A stretch of DNA of 64,000 bases. It comes from Candidatus Woesearchaeota archaeon. GTDB taxonomy: Archaea > Nanobdellota > Nanobdellia > Woesearchaeales > JAGLGH01. Positions 19,791 through 30,484 of the stretch are shown piece after piece. The position numbers and the translations under genes are program-made. The notes beneath the pieces are model-generated. The model was not told the DNA's origin. It worked only from the letters and a program-made list of their open reading frames with translations, and did no database searches. The stretch lies in contig DAOVBM010000003.1 in NCBI GenBank assembly GCA_030670545.1, forward strand, positions 1,765 through 65,764, read 5' to 3'. Position 1 is the stretch's first letter. Each line of letters begins with the position of its first letter.

Positions 19791-20627
19791 GAAAGAATCA
19801 AATATATTTTTGTTTGTCTGGATAGTATAGAAATCGACTCCAAGTTTATTACAGACATTTTTTATTTTGGAATTATGTTCATGCAGCTTATTTTTGTAGT
19901 TATTCTTCAACTTTGGGCTTATATATGTCCTGAATGTTTGGTTTGTCTCAAGGTCCTGCAGATTATAGTCACCTTCAATGCCTTTAAGGTCCACCTCCAA
20001 TGGATCAAGCACCTGTACAAGTTTAATATTATGGCCCCCAAATAGGTAAAGCGGCACTTTTATCTGTTCTATGTCATACATAAAATCAGATATTATGATT
20101 ACAAGCGACCTGCTCTGTATAAACTTCCTGTATTTCATCATGCAGTCCTTGAAGTCTGACTCTTTTCCTTTCTTGAGATCATTGAGGTAATCAATCATGA
20201 CCATTATCTGGCTCCTGCTTTTCTTTGAAGAGAATACAGTCAGTTGGTCAGAAAAGGTAGCGAACTGAAACTTGCCGTTCTCACGCAGGCTGAGGTATGC
20301 GAATCCAATCCCTATCATTGATGCATAATCGAATTTAGTCATATTTGAAGATCCAAAATTCATGCTTGCGCTGTTGTCGATTATGACATGCACTATAATG
20401 TTCCTGTCTTCCTCAAAGTTCTTTATGTAGAGGTCGTCTGTCCTTGCAAATAGTTTCCAGTCAATGCTCCTGAAATCATCTCCTGGGGCATACATCCTAT
20501 GGTCCTTGAACATTATGCCTTTGCCCTGGGTTATAGACCTTCTTGACCCTGCATAATTTGAAGTCACCCTCTTGTGTACTATAAGGCTGAATCTGGACAG
20601 TTGGTCAAGGAATCCTGCAGTGATCAT
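19773..20627 (-). CDS. DUF58 (vWA-like) protein of the MoxR operon
   Basis: Typical DUF58 segments (DFRSIDWKLFARTDDLYIKNFEED; VIIDNSASM). Confidence 0.75.
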   Translation of the reverse strand: MITAGFLDQLSRFSLIVHKRVTSNYAGSRRSITQGKGIMFKDHRMYAPGDDFRSIDWKLFARTDDLYIKNFEEDRNIIVHVIIDNSASMNFGSSNMTKFDYASMIGIGFAYLSLRENGKFQFATFSDQLTVFSSKKSRSQIMVMIDYLNDLKKGKESDFKDCMMKYRKFIQSRSLVIIISDFMYDIEQIKVPLYLFGGHNIKLVQVLDPLEVDLKGIEGDYNLQDLETNQTFRTYISPKLKNNYKNKLHEHNSKIKNVCNKLGVDFYTIQTNKNIFDSFYEVLK

Positions 20628-20631
20628 TCTC

Positions 20632-21618
20632 TTATTTCACCTTTTTCAGCACTTCTGCGATTGCATCATCAGTTGTCATGCCTTTTCTTTCTGCCTCGAA
20701 ATTGAGTATTATCCTGTGCCTCATTATCGGGTAGGCAAGCTGTTCTATATCCTCTGAACTGACATTGTTCTTCCCTCTCATGAGCGCTCTTGCCTTTGCT
20801 GCAAGGATGAGGCCTATAGATGCTCTTGGAGATGCTCCATATTCAATCAGTTCAGGTATCTTCCTTGTCTTTGTGACTATCTTTATCACTTTTGCCTTGA
20901 GGTCATTTGCTATCGGAACCTGTCTTGTAAGTTCCTGCAGCCTTATGAGCTTGTCTTTGTTCAGGAGAACTTTCGGCTTTCCAAGTCTGATATCAGAGCT
21001 GTATATGTGGGCAATCTTAAGCTCGTCAGTAGGTGTAGGGTAAGCTGCTTTTATCTTGAGCAGGAATCTGTCTGCCTGCGCTTCAGGAAGAGGGTATGTC
21101 CCTTCCTGTTCTATAGGATTCTGCGTGGCAAGCACAAAGAACGGCTTATCAAGGCTAAAAGTGTTATTCCCTACTGTCACCTGCTTCTCCTGCATCGCCT
21201 CAAGAAGAGCAGACTGTGTCTTTGGAGTAGCTCTGTTTATCTCATCTGCAAGCACTATGTTCGAGAAAACAGGTCCCTGCTGGAACTTGAAATGCCTTTT
21301 GCCTGCTGTCTCCTCAATTATATAAGTGCCTGTGATGTCTGATGGCATGAGGTCTGCAGTCATCTGTATCCTTGAAAATTTCATGTCCATTATATCTGAT
21401 ATTGTCTTTATTGCAAGAGTCTTTGCAAGGCCTGGATAGCCTTCAATCAGTACGTTTGAATTACACAACATGCCCACAAGCGCCTGTTCTATCATCTCAT
21501 GCTGGCCAATGACAACCTTGCCTATCTCATTGTAGACAAGATCAAAAATCTCTTTGTATCTTCTCATCTTTTTTCCCTCCTTTTGTTCAATATGATTGAT
21601 AAACATATCATTTTGCAA
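20632..21618 (-). CDS. MoxR-family AAA+ ATPase
   Basis: Walker A GYPGLAKT, Walker B VLADEINRA, sensor regions; 328 aa. Confidence 0.85.
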   Translation of the reverse strand: MQNDMFINHIEQKEGKKMRRYKEIFDLVYNEIGKVVIGQHEMIEQALVGMLCNSNVLIEGYPGLAKTLAIKTISDIMDMKFSRIQMTADLMPSDITGTYIIEETAGKRHFKFQQGPVFSNIVLADEINRATPKTQSALLEAMQEKQVTVGNNTFSLDKPFFVLATQNPIEQEGTYPLPEAQADRFLLKIKAAYPTPTDELKIAHIYSSDIRLGKPKVLLNKDKLIRLQELTRQVPIANDLKAKVIKIVTKTRKIPELIEYGASPRASIGLILAAKARALMRGKNNVSSEDIEQLAYPIMRHRIILNFEAERKGMTTDDAIAEVLKKVK

Positions 21619-22384
21619 TCTCTTTGAAATAGTTCTTGACTATCTCCTGATTCTCTTTTTCTATGTTAGCTTTGTAAGCGCCTGCGCGCGATACTGTAAC
21701 TGATTCAGGGTATATATCCTGGAAATCTTTCTTTTCAGGATCCTGGACAACATCAGATGTCAGCTTGTAATTTGATTCTATTAGCTGTATCAGCATCTCC
21801 TCTTCTCCAAGTTCACCCAGGTTGAACTCCCCATACCAGTCATCTTCAACTGACACAAGCTGGTACTCTGGTTTGGCTATTCCTGCTTCCTTATCAACTG
21901 GCTCTCTTTTCTGGACTAAGTCTGATACTGCCTTGTTGAAATCGAACAGCACAAAATGATAAGGGGCAAGCACTACTATAAGTATGCACAATCCTATAAT
22001 CACTCCTGTTTTTATTGTAGTCTTCTTTTGGTCGAAAAACTCCCCTGTCTGCACTTTTTTTATCTCCTTGCTTATCTCTTCCTGCAGGTCCTCTACAAAT
22101 GGATTTTTTGAATACAGATAATCCTTTGCTGTCCTCAGCTTTTCACTGAGAAAATCATAAGAGTCTTCAACAATCCTGAGTTTGTTCTTCTTCATCTCCT
22201 TCCATACTCCCCATATTAAATAGCCAAGGCTGGGAAGCAGTGCCCAGCTCCAACTGATGTTGAAGAGCGACAGCGCAAGGTAGAATGACAGGAAAATTAT
22301 TGCAGTTGTGAGTATGGTGTCAAATAGCATAAACAGGCTCAATGTATAATTCACTTCCTCAAGTATCTGCTTAAAGTTTTTCAT
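21608..22384 (-). CDS. membrane protein of the MoxR/vWA operon
   Basis: Two N-terminal TM helices and one central TM. The stop overlaps the MoxR start. Confidence 0.5.
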   Translation of the reverse strand: MKNFKQILEEVNYTLSLFMLFDTILTTAIIFLSFYLALSLFNISWSWALLPSLGYLIWGVWKEMKKNKLRIVEDSYDFLSEKLRTAKDYLYSKNPFVEDLQEEISKEIKKVQTGEFFDQKKTTIKTGVIIGLCILIVVLAPYHFVLFDFNKAVSDLVQKREPVDKEAGIAKPEYQLVSVEDDWYGEFNLGELGEEEMLIQLIESNYKLTSDVVQDPEKKDFQDIYPESVTVSRAGAYKANIEKENQEIVKNYFKEIAK

Positions 22385-22436
22385 TTTTTGTAAGTGCCTT
22401 AGTTTGCGTATGTCCTGTTATGTAGTGGTATATTGA

Positions 22437-22943
22437 TCAAGTAAGTAAGTTCTCGCAGTTATTCAGGTCATCTTCGCAGTCATCAAGATCACTTCTGCAT
22501 TCATTGTAGTCATCCTGCGCATCTTCATAAAGGCTCTTATATTTTGCTATGTCTTTCTCCTTCAATTTTATAGTCTCATTAAGTTCGTAAGCAATTTTCT
22601 TCTCACTGATTAGCTCTGATATCTTTGTATTCAGCTTGGCTGTTGTATCATCCAGTTTGTCCTGCACCCTGTCCATATCTTTTTCCAGTTCCTGATAGTC
22701 AATAACTATCGCCTCCACGTCTTGCGTTGTCCTGTTCAACTCATACTTTGTTTCGGTCAGCACTGTCTTATGTTTTGAAAGGTCTTGTGTGACTTTCTCA
22801 AGCTGGCTAAGCTTTGTTGTGTAATTTGCAGCAAGGTTGTTGAATGTCTGCTGGTAATATAGAGTAAACCCTATAAATACCATTATCATTCCAAGCACAA
22901 GCGCAAGCAGCCCAAAATTAAGGTTCTTTTTCATATAGCTCAT
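22437..22943 (-). CDS. membrane-anchored coiled-coil protein
   Basis: N-terminal TM helix (LLALVLGMIMVFIGF) and a long heptad-like coiled-coil tail. Confidence 0.45.
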   Translation of the reverse strand: MSYMKKNLNFGLLALVLGMIMVFIGFTLYYQQTFNNLAANYTTKLSQLEKVTQDLSKHKTVLTETKYELNRTTQDVEAIVIDYQELEKDMDRVQDKLDDTTAKLNTKISELISEKKIAYELNETIKLKEKDIAKYKSLYEDAQDDYNECRSDLDDCEDDLNNCENLLT

Positions 22944-23054
22944 TTTTCATGCACCTTATTTACTTTTTTCTTTTTACTTATTATGATTTCGTTGTGATTA
23001 TAATCTTGCGGTAAGCTAAGGCGCTCACCAAAATTTGCGCAGCAAATCTTTGTC

Positions 23055-25529
23055 TTATCTTCTGCCATATTTCCTTATCCTCCTTATGCATATTTCAGTA
23101 AGGAATATTATCAGCGCAGTAAGCACAAAAGGCCACCTGAAATATATAGTGAGGGGCTCAATCATGACTGAATCCTCTTTTATCTTATCTACAATGCTTT
23201 CTATGTCATCTGGCCTGAACACTTTACCTTTCTTGAATGTGCCTTTCCTTACAAGATTGAGGAAATGAGGATTCATCCCCCTATTCCTGTATTCCAGCGG
23301 ATAGTTGACAGCCTGCATGTATCCAAAAAAATCCCTAAATTCCTTCCTGTGTGGATAATATTCTGTTGTATATTCCCTTTCATCTGTTTTGATAAATGCA
23401 AAGTCAAGCAGTTCAGGCATCTTGTCAGTATGTATCTTTACAATAGTCTTTTCTCCTATACGCGTGTCATCAAGGTCCACATTAAAGCGCTCTTTCCTGT
23501 CTGGGTCTTCTATTGCCCAGTTAATCATCCTTGGGATGAGCGATGAGCTGTTTCCGCTAAGCACAGGGCCAGACCATGCTCTGCCGTCATCAGTAGAGTA
23601 TGCTACAACCCTTCCAAGGCCGAAGTTCCATGCAGATACAACAGCATTTGCAGTGATAGTATATACCAAATCATGAGCTGACTTCTTTGGCACAACAGCA
23701 TTATATCCAGATACAGCGCCGTCATCAAGCTTAAGTCCTTTTGTGATCCAGTGGCTGGGGTTTATTATAAGTAGCTGCTCTACTTCACCTTCCTCTTTTT
23801 TCTTGAGATCTTCCTCTCCTTCTTTTCCTCCTTCAAATATGAACTCTAGAGGAAGAGGCTGGTCAACGCCAGTATATATGCCATCGCCTGCATCTGCTAC
23901 TTCATTGAGGAAGTCTTCATCAACCCCTCCTATTCCTGAATTAGAGTATCCTACTGTAAATATCTTGTATCCTTCTTCAGCAAGTTGCTGCGCTTTTCTT
24001 ATAGTATTTATTCGGTTAAGCACCTGTTTGCCGTCTGATATGATTATAAGATTGAGGTTATTTTCACCCTTGAGTATCACTTCAGCCCTTTTCAGCCCTG
24101 CATAGATATCTGTTCCCCCTGCGCCCACTATCCTGCCTATATGCGATATGACTGAATCTTCAAAATCAAGAGACCTTTCTGACATCTTTGTAAGATTGAC
24201 TACAGTTTTAGTTCGCTCTCCTGCTCCCCCTCCACTCCTGAATGCCACTACTCCTACAGCATCCTGCATCCTTGCATTGTACAGGACATCAACAGCAAGG
24301 GCTTTTGCATAATCAACAGCTTCTCCTTTGAATGAATATGATGCATCTATGACTATAACTACATTTACTCCTGATGCTCCGCTCTTCACTCCTGTGCCTA
24401 TCCTTACAGGAAGAAGTGTCTCAAACAATGTTCCTTTGTACCCTCCCTTGTCATAGGAGTTCTTCCCTCCTATGACAACAAGCCCATCTCCTTCTGTGAC
24501 ATAGTTGTTAAGGGAATCAAACTTTGGATTTATCTTTGCTATAGGGATGTCATTAAGTATCACAGCATAGTACTTTGAGAGTTGGTCTGGTATATAATTT
24601 AGTTTTTCAAGATTATAATTTTTTTCAAGTATCTCAAGCATAGGTGAATATGTTTCAGATACAAAAAGGGCTTTAGGCTTTTGGAGTATTTGCACAGTCT
24701 TCCTGTAGACATTGTTCTCTTTGAATTCGTCATCAACATCTTCTATATAAGCAAGGATAGTATGATAACCCTGGGGCAGTACTTTGCCAAATGTCTCTAT
24801 ATGCGAACCGACAATCCCTTCCTTGTCTATTACTGTTTGGTTGTCAAGTTTGACCTTAAGGCTGTATACCTTGTCTTTCCCTACATTTTCTATGCTTACT
24901 GTGAACTGGCTGTTGAGCCCTACTATATTCTGGGAAGGCCCGCTTATTATTACTGCTAGGTCGCTGCTCTCAGGCTCAAGATTGACTGTATTGATAGTAG
25001 TCTTTGATATTGCTGCATTTGTGAATGCATTGTCAAGTGTGGAACCGTGAGTTACCCATCCATCTGTTATCAGCAGTACACTCTCCCCATTGCCCTGCAT
25101 ATTGTTAATCAGCTCGTCTCCTATGCCTGATTCCTCGCTGCTTCCTATGTATTTCATTTTGACAGGCATGTGCTTTTCCAGGCTGTTTATTATCCTGCTT
25201 ATTTCATGCTGGTCAAATATTGAAAATGAGATTGAATTGTCAACCATTATAGTCACATGAGGATCTCCTTTTATCTCTTTCTCGTCTGTTATGAAAGGTG
25301 ATGCAAGGGCAATCAGCAGGAGAGCAACAGCGCAGGATCTCATTATAACCATAAATCTCTTGTCCCACTTTCTCTTAATCCTGTATGCCTGCTGTTCTTC
25401 AAAACTTTTGAATTTCACAAAATCCTTTTTTACAAAATAAGCTATGATTATTATGGCAAGCGGAATCAGAGCAAGATATAATGGGTCCTCAAATCTAAAC
25501 GGGATAATTATCTGCTTTAAAGGAATCAT
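23055..25529 (-). CDS. BatA-like membrane-anchored von Willebrand factor A domain protein
   Basis: N-terminal TM helices; vWA MIDAS-type segments (VVIVIDASYS, LIIISDG); C-terminal TM. 824 aa. Confidence 0.7.
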   Translation of the reverse strand: MIPLKQIIIPFRFEDPLYLALIPLAIIIIAYFVKKDFVKFKSFEEQQAYRIKRKWDKRFMVIMRSCAVALLLIALASPFITDEKEIKGDPHVTIMVDNSISFSIFDQHEISRIINSLEKHMPVKMKYIGSSEESGIGDELINNMQGNGESVLLITDGWVTHGSTLDNAFTNAAISKTTINTVNLEPESSDLAVIISGPSQNIVGLNSQFTVSIENVGKDKVYSLKVKLDNQTVIDKEGIVGSHIETFGKVLPQGYHTILAYIEDVDDEFKENNVYRKTVQILQKPKALFVSETYSPMLEILEKNYNLEKLNYIPDQLSKYYAVILNDIPIAKINPKFDSLNNYVTEGDGLVVIGGKNSYDKGGYKGTLFETLLPVRIGTGVKSGASGVNVVIVIDASYSFKGEAVDYAKALAVDVLYNARMQDAVGVVAFRSGGGAGERTKTVVNLTKMSERSLDFEDSVISHIGRIVGAGGTDIYAGLKRAEVILKGENNLNLIIISDGKQVLNRINTIRKAQQLAEEGYKIFTVGYSNSGIGGVDEDFLNEVADAGDGIYTGVDQPLPLEFIFEGGKEGEEDLKKKEEGEVEQLLIINPSHWITKGLKLDDGAVSGYNAVVPKKSAHDLVYTITANAVVSAWNFGLGRVVAYSTDDGRAWSGPVLSGNSSSLIPRMINWAIEDPDRKERFNVDLDDTRIGEKTIVKIHTDKMPELLDFAFIKTDEREYTTEYYPHRKEFRDFFGYMQAVNYPLEYRNRGMNPHFLNLVRKGTFKKGKVFRPDDIESIVDKIKEDSVMIEPLTIYFRWPFVLTALIIFLTEICIRRIRKYGRR

Positions 25530-27325
25530 TATATATCCCCCCTTGATTTTATTATGAATATCTCTGCAATAAAAAGCGCGAATACAAGCATTATTAAAAA
25601 CTTCTCAAAACTGTATGGCATCTTGTGCTTGCTCTCTTCTATCTCAAACTCTTCCATGTCTCTCTTCATCACACTACTCCTGTTGATTCCTGAAGCTCCC
25701 ACATCAGATTCTATCTTATCAAGCAGGTTGACAGACACATCCTTCCCTTTTATGTTGTATATGCCCTGGACTGTTATGTTTATTGTATAGAAATCAGTGA
25801 ATCTTCTGTTATAATCTGATATGTCCCCCCTTTCAACAAGAAAATAAACAAGATTGTTCCAGAATATAGGATAATCCTGGGACAGGACGAACTCGTTCTG
25901 ATCTTCAATTCCATAATAAACTGATTTGCCTTTATCTATCTTTTTTATGGCTATAAGAGGTGTTTCATCATCTGCTGTCGCAATCACTATGCTGTTATTG
26001 CTCGCTGTTGCATTGAAGTAATGCGATGTAGAATATTTCCCTGCTTCCTTTCCTTCTCCAATGCTCTGCAGAGACTTACTGAATTTGTTGAATATGTCAA
26101 CATTTATTGTGGACTCATTGAGATAATCAGATATTGAGACAGGCATAAGGCTGAACCAGTTTATATTTTTCATGTCAGGCTGCGTGATTATTATGGCGCT
26201 TGCTCCCTGTTTCACTTTTCTTTCTACATCATCAGGTGTGCTCGGCAATAGTATCTTTGTGTTTATGTTTGAGAATATTATCACATCATAGTCATAAGAG
26301 CTTATCCTTGGCGGCTCTTCTATTGTAAGGGCTATGCGGGGAGATGAGCGCAGCGCAATTTCAATATTGCTATTTCTCTGGTTTGTTATAAGAAGCACAC
26401 TTATCTTTTCTTTTTCAGGCGATGATATGTATGCTCTGTTGTCGACTAGAAAATCATCCTTTGTATCCAGCTCTATCATGCTTCTTCCTGGGAGAGTGTC
26501 AAAGATTGCTGTTTCTATTGAGTGCGGCAGGATGTCAAGGCTGATTTTATCAACAGTATTTCCGTCTTTTATCAGGGAGATTGATACAGATTCTTTTTTG
26601 TCATTATAATTCTTTATGTATGCTTTTGATTTGTCATTCCCGTATTCTATATCTATAATTCCTATATTCTCTGCAGACTCTGATATATCGATGAATTCCA
26701 CGTCAATATTTTTTGAAGAAAGTATCCTCTTTGCTTCGTTTGGGTCAGGTCCAAGCGTTGGTATGAAATCAGATATCACAACAACGCGGCCGCTTGATTC
26801 GTTTATCATCATTTCAGCTGCAAGTATTGCGCTGCCCAGGTTTGTGACACTGTCTGTCGGCTTTATCTGATCAATTACTTTCCTGGCTCTTGCAGAATGG
26901 ACACTGTTGGCTGCAATATAGGGGTTCTGTGATGCAAGTATTATGCTGTTAAGCCCTCCCAGGTTATCCTTGGCAATGCTTTTTGCTTCATCAAATCTTG
27001 TCTTTAGTCCATGTTTCACCTGCATGCTTGCTGAGGTATCAAGAACTATCACTGTATGCTTTGCAACATATTTTGCAGGAAGATCCATGTAAGGCACTGC
27101 AACTGCTAATGATAATGATATCAATGCGAGAAGCTGGAAAAGGAACAGGAGGTTATGTATGAGCTTCCGGAATATTGTATGCGCTGTTGTAAATCCTGAT
27201 GCCTTCATTATGAACATCAGCGAGGGTATCTTCTTCTCTTTTGGCCTTGGTTTTTTCAGGTATATTATTATTAGGGGTATAAGGCTTAATAATGCATACA
27301 ATCCATCGATATTGTCAAATGGCAA
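25529..27325 (-). CDS. BatB-like von Willebrand factor A domain membrane protein
   Basis: TM helices at N- and C-termini; vWA segment VIVLDTSASMQ...VVVISDF. Overlaps the upstream gene by 1 nt. Confidence 0.7.
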   Translation of the reverse strand: MPFDNIDGLYALLSLIPLIIIYLKKPRPKEKKIPSLMFIMKASGFTTAHTIFRKLIHNLLFLFQLLALISLSLAVAVPYMDLPAKYVAKHTVIVLDTSASMQVKHGLKTRFDEAKSIAKDNLGGLNSIILASQNPYIAANSVHSARARKVIDQIKPTDSVTNLGSAILAAEMMINESSGRVVVISDFIPTLGPDPNEAKRILSSKNIDVEFIDISESAENIGIIDIEYGNDKSKAYIKNYNDKKESVSISLIKDGNTVDKISLDILPHSIETAIFDTLPGRSMIELDTKDDFLVDNRAYISSPEKEKISVLLITNQRNSNIEIALRSSPRIALTIEEPPRISSYDYDVIIFSNINTKILLPSTPDDVERKVKQGASAIIITQPDMKNINWFSLMPVSISDYLNESTINVDIFNKFSKSLQSIGEGKEAGKYSTSHYFNATASNNSIVIATADDETPLIAIKKIDKGKSVYYGIEDQNEFVLSQDYPIFWNNLVYFLVERGDISDYNRRFTDFYTINITVQGIYNIKGKDVSVNLLDKIESDVGASGINRSSVMKRDMEEFEIEESKHKMPYSFEKFLIMLVFALFIAEIFIIKSRGDI

Positions 27326-27326
27326 T

Positions 27327-27524
27327 CTATTTTACCTCTTTTTTTAAATTTTTGATAAGATCATTTGGGCTTGTAAGATCTTTCACTATTATCAGTTTGT
27401 CTCCTATTTCGTACCAGTAGAGTTCAGAGCCTATATCTATGTCCAGGTCTTTCCTTGCCTCTAACGGCAGCGTTATCTGGCCCTGCTTTGTCAGCCTGGC
27501 TTTTGATATGAACTTTGCTTGCAT
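27327..27524 (-). CDS. AbrB/MazE-type swapped-hairpin DNA-binding protein
   Basis: 65 aa; KQGQITLPLEARKDLDIDIGSELYWYEIGDKLII matches the SpoVT/AbrB fold pattern. Confidence 0.55.
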   Translation of the reverse strand: MQAKFISKARLTKQGQITLPLEARKDLDIDIGSELYWYEIGDKLIIVKDLTSPNDLIKNLKKEVK

Positions 27525-27643
27525 TTTATTAATAAATCTTTTGATTACATATTAAATTATTAATATTAATAATAACAATATAATTAATATTCTTATTAAT
27601 ATTATTAATGATATATAAATGTTGCGGTTTATTGTATGTAGAA

Positions 27644-27808
27644 AGTCTGCTAGTCAAGGAGCACTAGCATCATCAGGTCAAAACTCATTCTATATTTATG
27701 TCCTGCTCGTCGCGAGGGGTCGCTCCATCCGGGAACGCAGAGCCTTAGAAAAACAGATGTAGAGTTTTGAAGATGCTTGTGCTCCGTTACACTGGACTTT
27801 CTACATAC
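27644..27808 (-). repeat. MITE-like repeat RE-A copy 2 (inverted orientation)
   Basis: TIR gtatgtagaaagtc / gactttctacatac. Core ctgctcgtcgcgagggg...cgggaacgcagagccttaga is the reverse complement of the family core. Confidence 0.65.
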
Positions 27809-27835
27809 GGTTTTTTGTTGGGAAAAGAATAAGAT

Positions 27836-28666
27836 TTAAACAGTGATAGGGAGTTTACAAACTTCCTTAAAGATTATTTCTGTTTTTTTATTATATTGCC
27901 TTTGAGTTCCAAATTTAATATGGTATTCAATATTATTTCTTTTACAGAATTCAATCACTTGATTTGCACAATCTTCATAAAACATCTCATTATATCTGAA
28001 TTGAGAACTAATTACATTATAATTTAATTTTCCAAAAATGATTCTATCAACAAAACTTATTTGTTCTAATAATCCTTGTAAGTCTTGATTTTCATCAATA
28101 TTTGGAGTTGGATACGGCTCTATACTTACCCATGTTTTTAATCCTTTGTCGTGTAAATATTTTAATGATTTAATCCTATTCTTATATTGTGCACTGTATG
28201 GCTCAAATTCTCTTTTGAATTTATTATTCATAGATATAAGAGTAATACCATATTCATTGTTGATCCCGTATTTTTTTGAATTTGTTAAAGCTTGAGGATA
28301 AACCCCTTTTGTTAAAACTGTGCATTTTATGTTGCTCTCATTTAGTTTTTCTATTATTTTAAGAGTCATACCCTTTACTTCTTTATATCCATACATAAAA
28401 GGATCGGTCATAAAACATAAATGAACAAATTTAATTTTGCCTGCGTATTTAGGGATTTCTTTATCTAGTAATTCTAAAGCATTTTCAACCAGTTTGGGTT
28501 TAACCCAGTCAGAATATGTTTTTACTTTACCGAATCTCTTAGCCATATTGAAAGCATAGCAGGGAAACTTACAACCATGAGCACATCCTTCTACGTGATT
28601 TAAACAGAAATCAGCATATTCAACACCACTTTTATACAAAAGACTTTTTCTTTTGATTTTTTGCAT
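27836..28666 (-). CDS. radical-SAM-like protein with non-canonical three-Cys motif CxxxCxxxC (TcmP-partnered type)
   Basis: GCAHGCKFPCYA near the N-terminus. Gene adjacent to a TcmP-like partner. 276 aa. Confidence 0.55.
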   Translation of the reverse strand: MQKIKRKSLLYKSGVEYADFCLNHVEGCAHGCKFPCYAFNMAKRFGKVKTYSDWVKPKLVENALELLDKEIPKYAGKIKFVHLCFMTDPFMYGYKEVKGMTLKIIEKLNESNIKCTVLTKGVYPQALTNSKKYGINNEYGITLISMNNKFKREFEPYSAQYKNRIKSLKYLHDKGLKTWVSIEPYPTPNIDENQDLQGLLEQISFVDRIIFGKLNYNVISSQFRYNEMFYEDCANQVIEFCKRNNIEYHIKFGTQRQYNKKTEIIFKEVCKLPITV

Positions 28667-28678
28667 TATTCACCTCTT

Positions 28679-29755
28679 TTAAAATCTCATTTCATCTTCA
28701 TTATCAATACCTGTCCTTATCTTACCTGATTTAGTAGTTCTTATTTTTCTTACTATATTAATTTTACTATCTTTTTCCAATTCTTTTAATGCCTGGCGAA
28801 TATGTTTTACTAAATAAGGGGTTTCATCTATTTGCTCTTCAATTATTTCAATGAACGATTTATTACATCCCTTATAAGTTGATAAAAGATACTTCTTGAT
28901 TTCATCAATTTTTATATTATCATAATCAAAAAAAGTCATCTGGCTTTCAGTTTTACCCCTATATTCAACCCTCCCTCTATTGTATTTAGCAAAAGAGCCC
29001 TTCATTATCTCACAACCCTTATAGTGGTTTGTAAGATGAAATAAATAGTAATAAGTACGATTCATCTCAGGAAAGCATAATCGGTATGGGTAAACAAACT
29101 TACAGAATTCTTTTAGTTGTGATCTGAATAACTCAACAATTCTCTTTTCTTTCTCTCTGTTTTCAATATCTTTTAATTCTTTCCATTTAGATGATCCAAA
29201 TAATCCAATTAGTATTTCATCTGCTTGTTCAATACCTAGATTTCTATTTATTCCGTTATACATGAAATTTAAAAATACTTCTGATTTGGCTACTTTCATC
29301 ATCCTCTTTAATGTAGATATCTTAATTTTAAAACCAAAAGGATCAACAAAAAAGAAAGTTGGTGCTAAATTCGGATTTTCATCTAACAATTTATTAACAG
29401 CTAAATCAAAGTCTCTATTGACAAAAATAGGTTTAGCATCTAATTTTTTGTAGTCAAGTATCTTTTTAATATTTTCTAGATTGTTTTTATCCTTATCAAT
29501 TACCACTAAGCATACATCTCTTTTTAAATTTATTTTATTCCTTTGAATGATTTCTGCTGCTATTATTGGAGAACCAAAATAAATTTCATTACCTTCTTCA
29601 TAAGCTCCTTTTCCTCCAAAACAATCAAAATAATTTAGGGGATGATCTTTACCTAAAATTTTAACCCACTTATCAAAGTAATCAGCAAAAACTAGATGTT
29701 TTATTTTAGTTTGTTCCTCATATTTCCATGTTTCAAAGGGTACTGTTTTTTCCAT
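28679..29755 (-). CDS. three-Cys-motif partner protein TcmP-like (methyltransferase-fold, RlmJ-like)
   Basis: YFDCFGGKGAY and FFFVDPFGFK (DPPY-like motif IV) resemble the RlmJ/TcmP family. 358 aa. Assignment from memory of the family. Confidence 0.55.
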   Translation of the reverse strand: MEKTVPFETWKYEEQTKIKHLVFADYFDKWVKILGKDHPLNYFDCFGGKGAYEEGNEIYFGSPIIAAEIIQRNKINLKRDVCLVVIDKDKNNLENIKKILDYKKLDAKPIFVNRDFDLAVNKLLDENPNLAPTFFFVDPFGFKIKISTLKRMMKVAKSEVFLNFMYNGINRNLGIEQADEILIGLFGSSKWKELKDIENREKEKRIVELFRSQLKEFCKFVYPYRLCFPEMNRTYYYLFHLTNHYKGCEIMKGSFAKYNRGRVEYRGKTESQMTFFDYDNIKIDEIKKYLLSTYKGCNKSFIEIIEEQIDETPYLVKHIRQALKELEKDSKINIVRKIRTTKSGKIRTGIDNEDEMRF

Positions 29756-29891
29756 TTTTAAGAGAGAATATGTCTGAGTTTATAAATGCCACGTGGATAC
29801 CTGTCTAGTGGCAAGTGGCTTTTATCCGAGAATTCCGGTAATAATAACAAATTAAAGAATATTCAATCTGCTGCTTCAAAATCATTGCAAA

Positions 29892-30452
29892 TCAAAAACA
29901 AGGAACCGGAACAGAATCCGAAAAGAGTTCCCTTATCCTCTCTGCAAGCGTGTTCTTATCAGGCTTTTTATTAGAGAATTTATATCTTTTCATCTCAATT
30001 ATTGTGGGTAGATCGCTTTCGATAAGATACCTGACCAAAATGTCAGCAGCCCAATTATTGTCCTTTAAGTTCTGCCTGGCTTCTTCATACGAATGCATTG
30101 CGCCAAAATATTCATTATCTTTGTTCCAGTACATAATATCTTCCCCTGAAGAATCATGAATTCTGAAAATATTTGGAAGAACCGTCATTTCTATTCCTAT
30201 ATGCATCAGGATGATGCCAGCATCATAATGCAATCTATTCTTATATTGAGTCCAATACTGGATTTTTTGATACAAGGGCAGTTTAATCTTAGGAGCATGC
30301 TCTTTGTAATCTGCTATGTTCTCAGCCAGATAAATATCACTGCCCTTCAATAGGCAGATCTTTTCAGAAATAGAGGTCTGAGGAGATTGTCTTGCATACT
30401 GACTGAGGTTAATCATACTAATTTGAATAATAAAGAGATTATTTAAATTCAT
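29892..30452 (-). CDS. hypothetical protein
   Basis: 186-aa ORF between the TcmP pair and RE-A copy 3. Confidence 0.4.
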   Translation of the reverse strand: MNLNNLFIIQISMINLSQYARQSPQTSISEKICLLKGSDIYLAENIADYKEHAPKIKLPLYQKIQYWTQYKNRLHYDAGIILMHIGIEMTVLPNIFRIHDSSGEDIMYWNKDNEYFGAMHSYEEARQNLKDNNWAADILVRYLIESDLPTIIEMKRYKFSNKKPDKNTLAERIRELFSDSVPVPCF

Positions 30453-30484
30453 CGCTTCATTTTATGTAATAGCCTTTTATAAAC

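Noticed and set aside
19749-20045. 98-aa plus-strand ORF overlapping the DUF58 gene
   Set aside because: It is on the opposite strand of a well-conserved DUF58 coding region and has no motif support.
27525-27643. AT-rich stretch with attaatattaat-type palindromes, considered as a replication-origin-like or CRISPR-leader-like region
   Set aside because: It has no ORB-like repeats, no adjacent cdc6/orc1, and no repeat array. It is most simply an AT-rich promoter/intergenic region adjacent to a MITE.
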